Below are positions 63,455 through 64,000 of a DNA stretch of 64,000 nt, in pieces. Position 1 is the first letter of the stretch, and every line of letters starts with the position of its first letter. The stretch is taken from assembly GCA_032718475.1 (NCBI GenBank), contig JAUCBJ010004507.1, positions 34,704 to 98,703 of the forward strand. Direction: 5' to 3'. Position numbers and translations under genes: made by a program. The DNA comes from Nemertoderma westbladi. Taxonomy: Eukaryota > Animalia > Xenacoelomorpha. The notes beneath the pieces were generated by a model, which had not been told where the DNA came from, ran no database searches, and saw only the letters and a list, made by a program, of their open reading frames with translations.

Positions 63455-64000
63455 AGTTCAACAGGTTCAATGTAGAACCTGTTGGTGTTCGTCTGCGAGT
63501 AGGATAATGTCAGAAAGATAAAAAAGGTAGCAAAATGTAAAGGGAAACTATAATTGTTTAAATATATTAAAATATAAAAAAAGATAAGAGATAAATTATT
63601 TATCTGATTTATTGTTTAGCGCAATATTATACTTATTCCAGTAATAATATCTTAACTAATCAGCTTAATGTTTTTGGTATTCCTTTAGGTCCGCAATGAG
63701 TGGATATCCCCAACTTATAGACTCGCCTCAGTTAACCAATCACCCCAGACTCTACCAGCTGACGGCCCCTATTATTCTAGAAATGATGTCCGGTCTGCTT
63801 TTTATCTTGTAAGTTGAAAAACGCTTTCTTTACAGCATTCCTTTATGACATATTGGGTGTATTATATAGTAAATTTTACTCTGTCGGCCTCCAAATATTG
63901 CTAATTGTTCAACAATTGTAATTATATATTGTAATTAATTAATTGAATAGTTCTATTATATTATTTAAATATTAATTTATTTATTATTATAAACCAGTTA

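Noticed and set aside
48048-63521. Giant ORFs of up to 5117 aa
   Set aside because: All three plus-strand frames are open only because the 33-bp unit lacks stops. A 1-bp deletion near 55398 swaps the frames with no sign of constraint.

Overview
Repeat-dense genomic DNA, most likely from an invertebrate animal. Roughly two thirds of the window is tandem arrays, with units of 26, 23, 52, 26/34, 46, 315, 34, about 21 and 33 bp. The giant ORFs at 48-63 kb are artefacts of a stop-free 33-bp unit. There are two plausible host genes, both uninterrupted ORFs on the minus strand: a muscarinic/histamine-H3-like class A GPCR, and an unusual protein with an N-terminal hydrophobic anchor followed by two PRDM7/9-like PR/SET domains and no zinc fingers. 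Mobile DNA includes a near full-length frameshifted RTE LINE nested in a TTAA-flanked Kolobok-like element, a decayed Penelope-like RT, a truncated LINE, several Helentron/DINE-1-like non-autonomous elements (HINEs), a hAT-like element and a MULE-like MITE. Most notable are the anchored tandem PR/SET protein, a minimal hammerhead ribozyme between the A and B boxes of a tRNA-like head, and satellites that can be traced to transposon parts, including one whose unit spans a transposon end plus its target-site duplication. All calls are by eye, with no database searches, and array boundaries are approximate.
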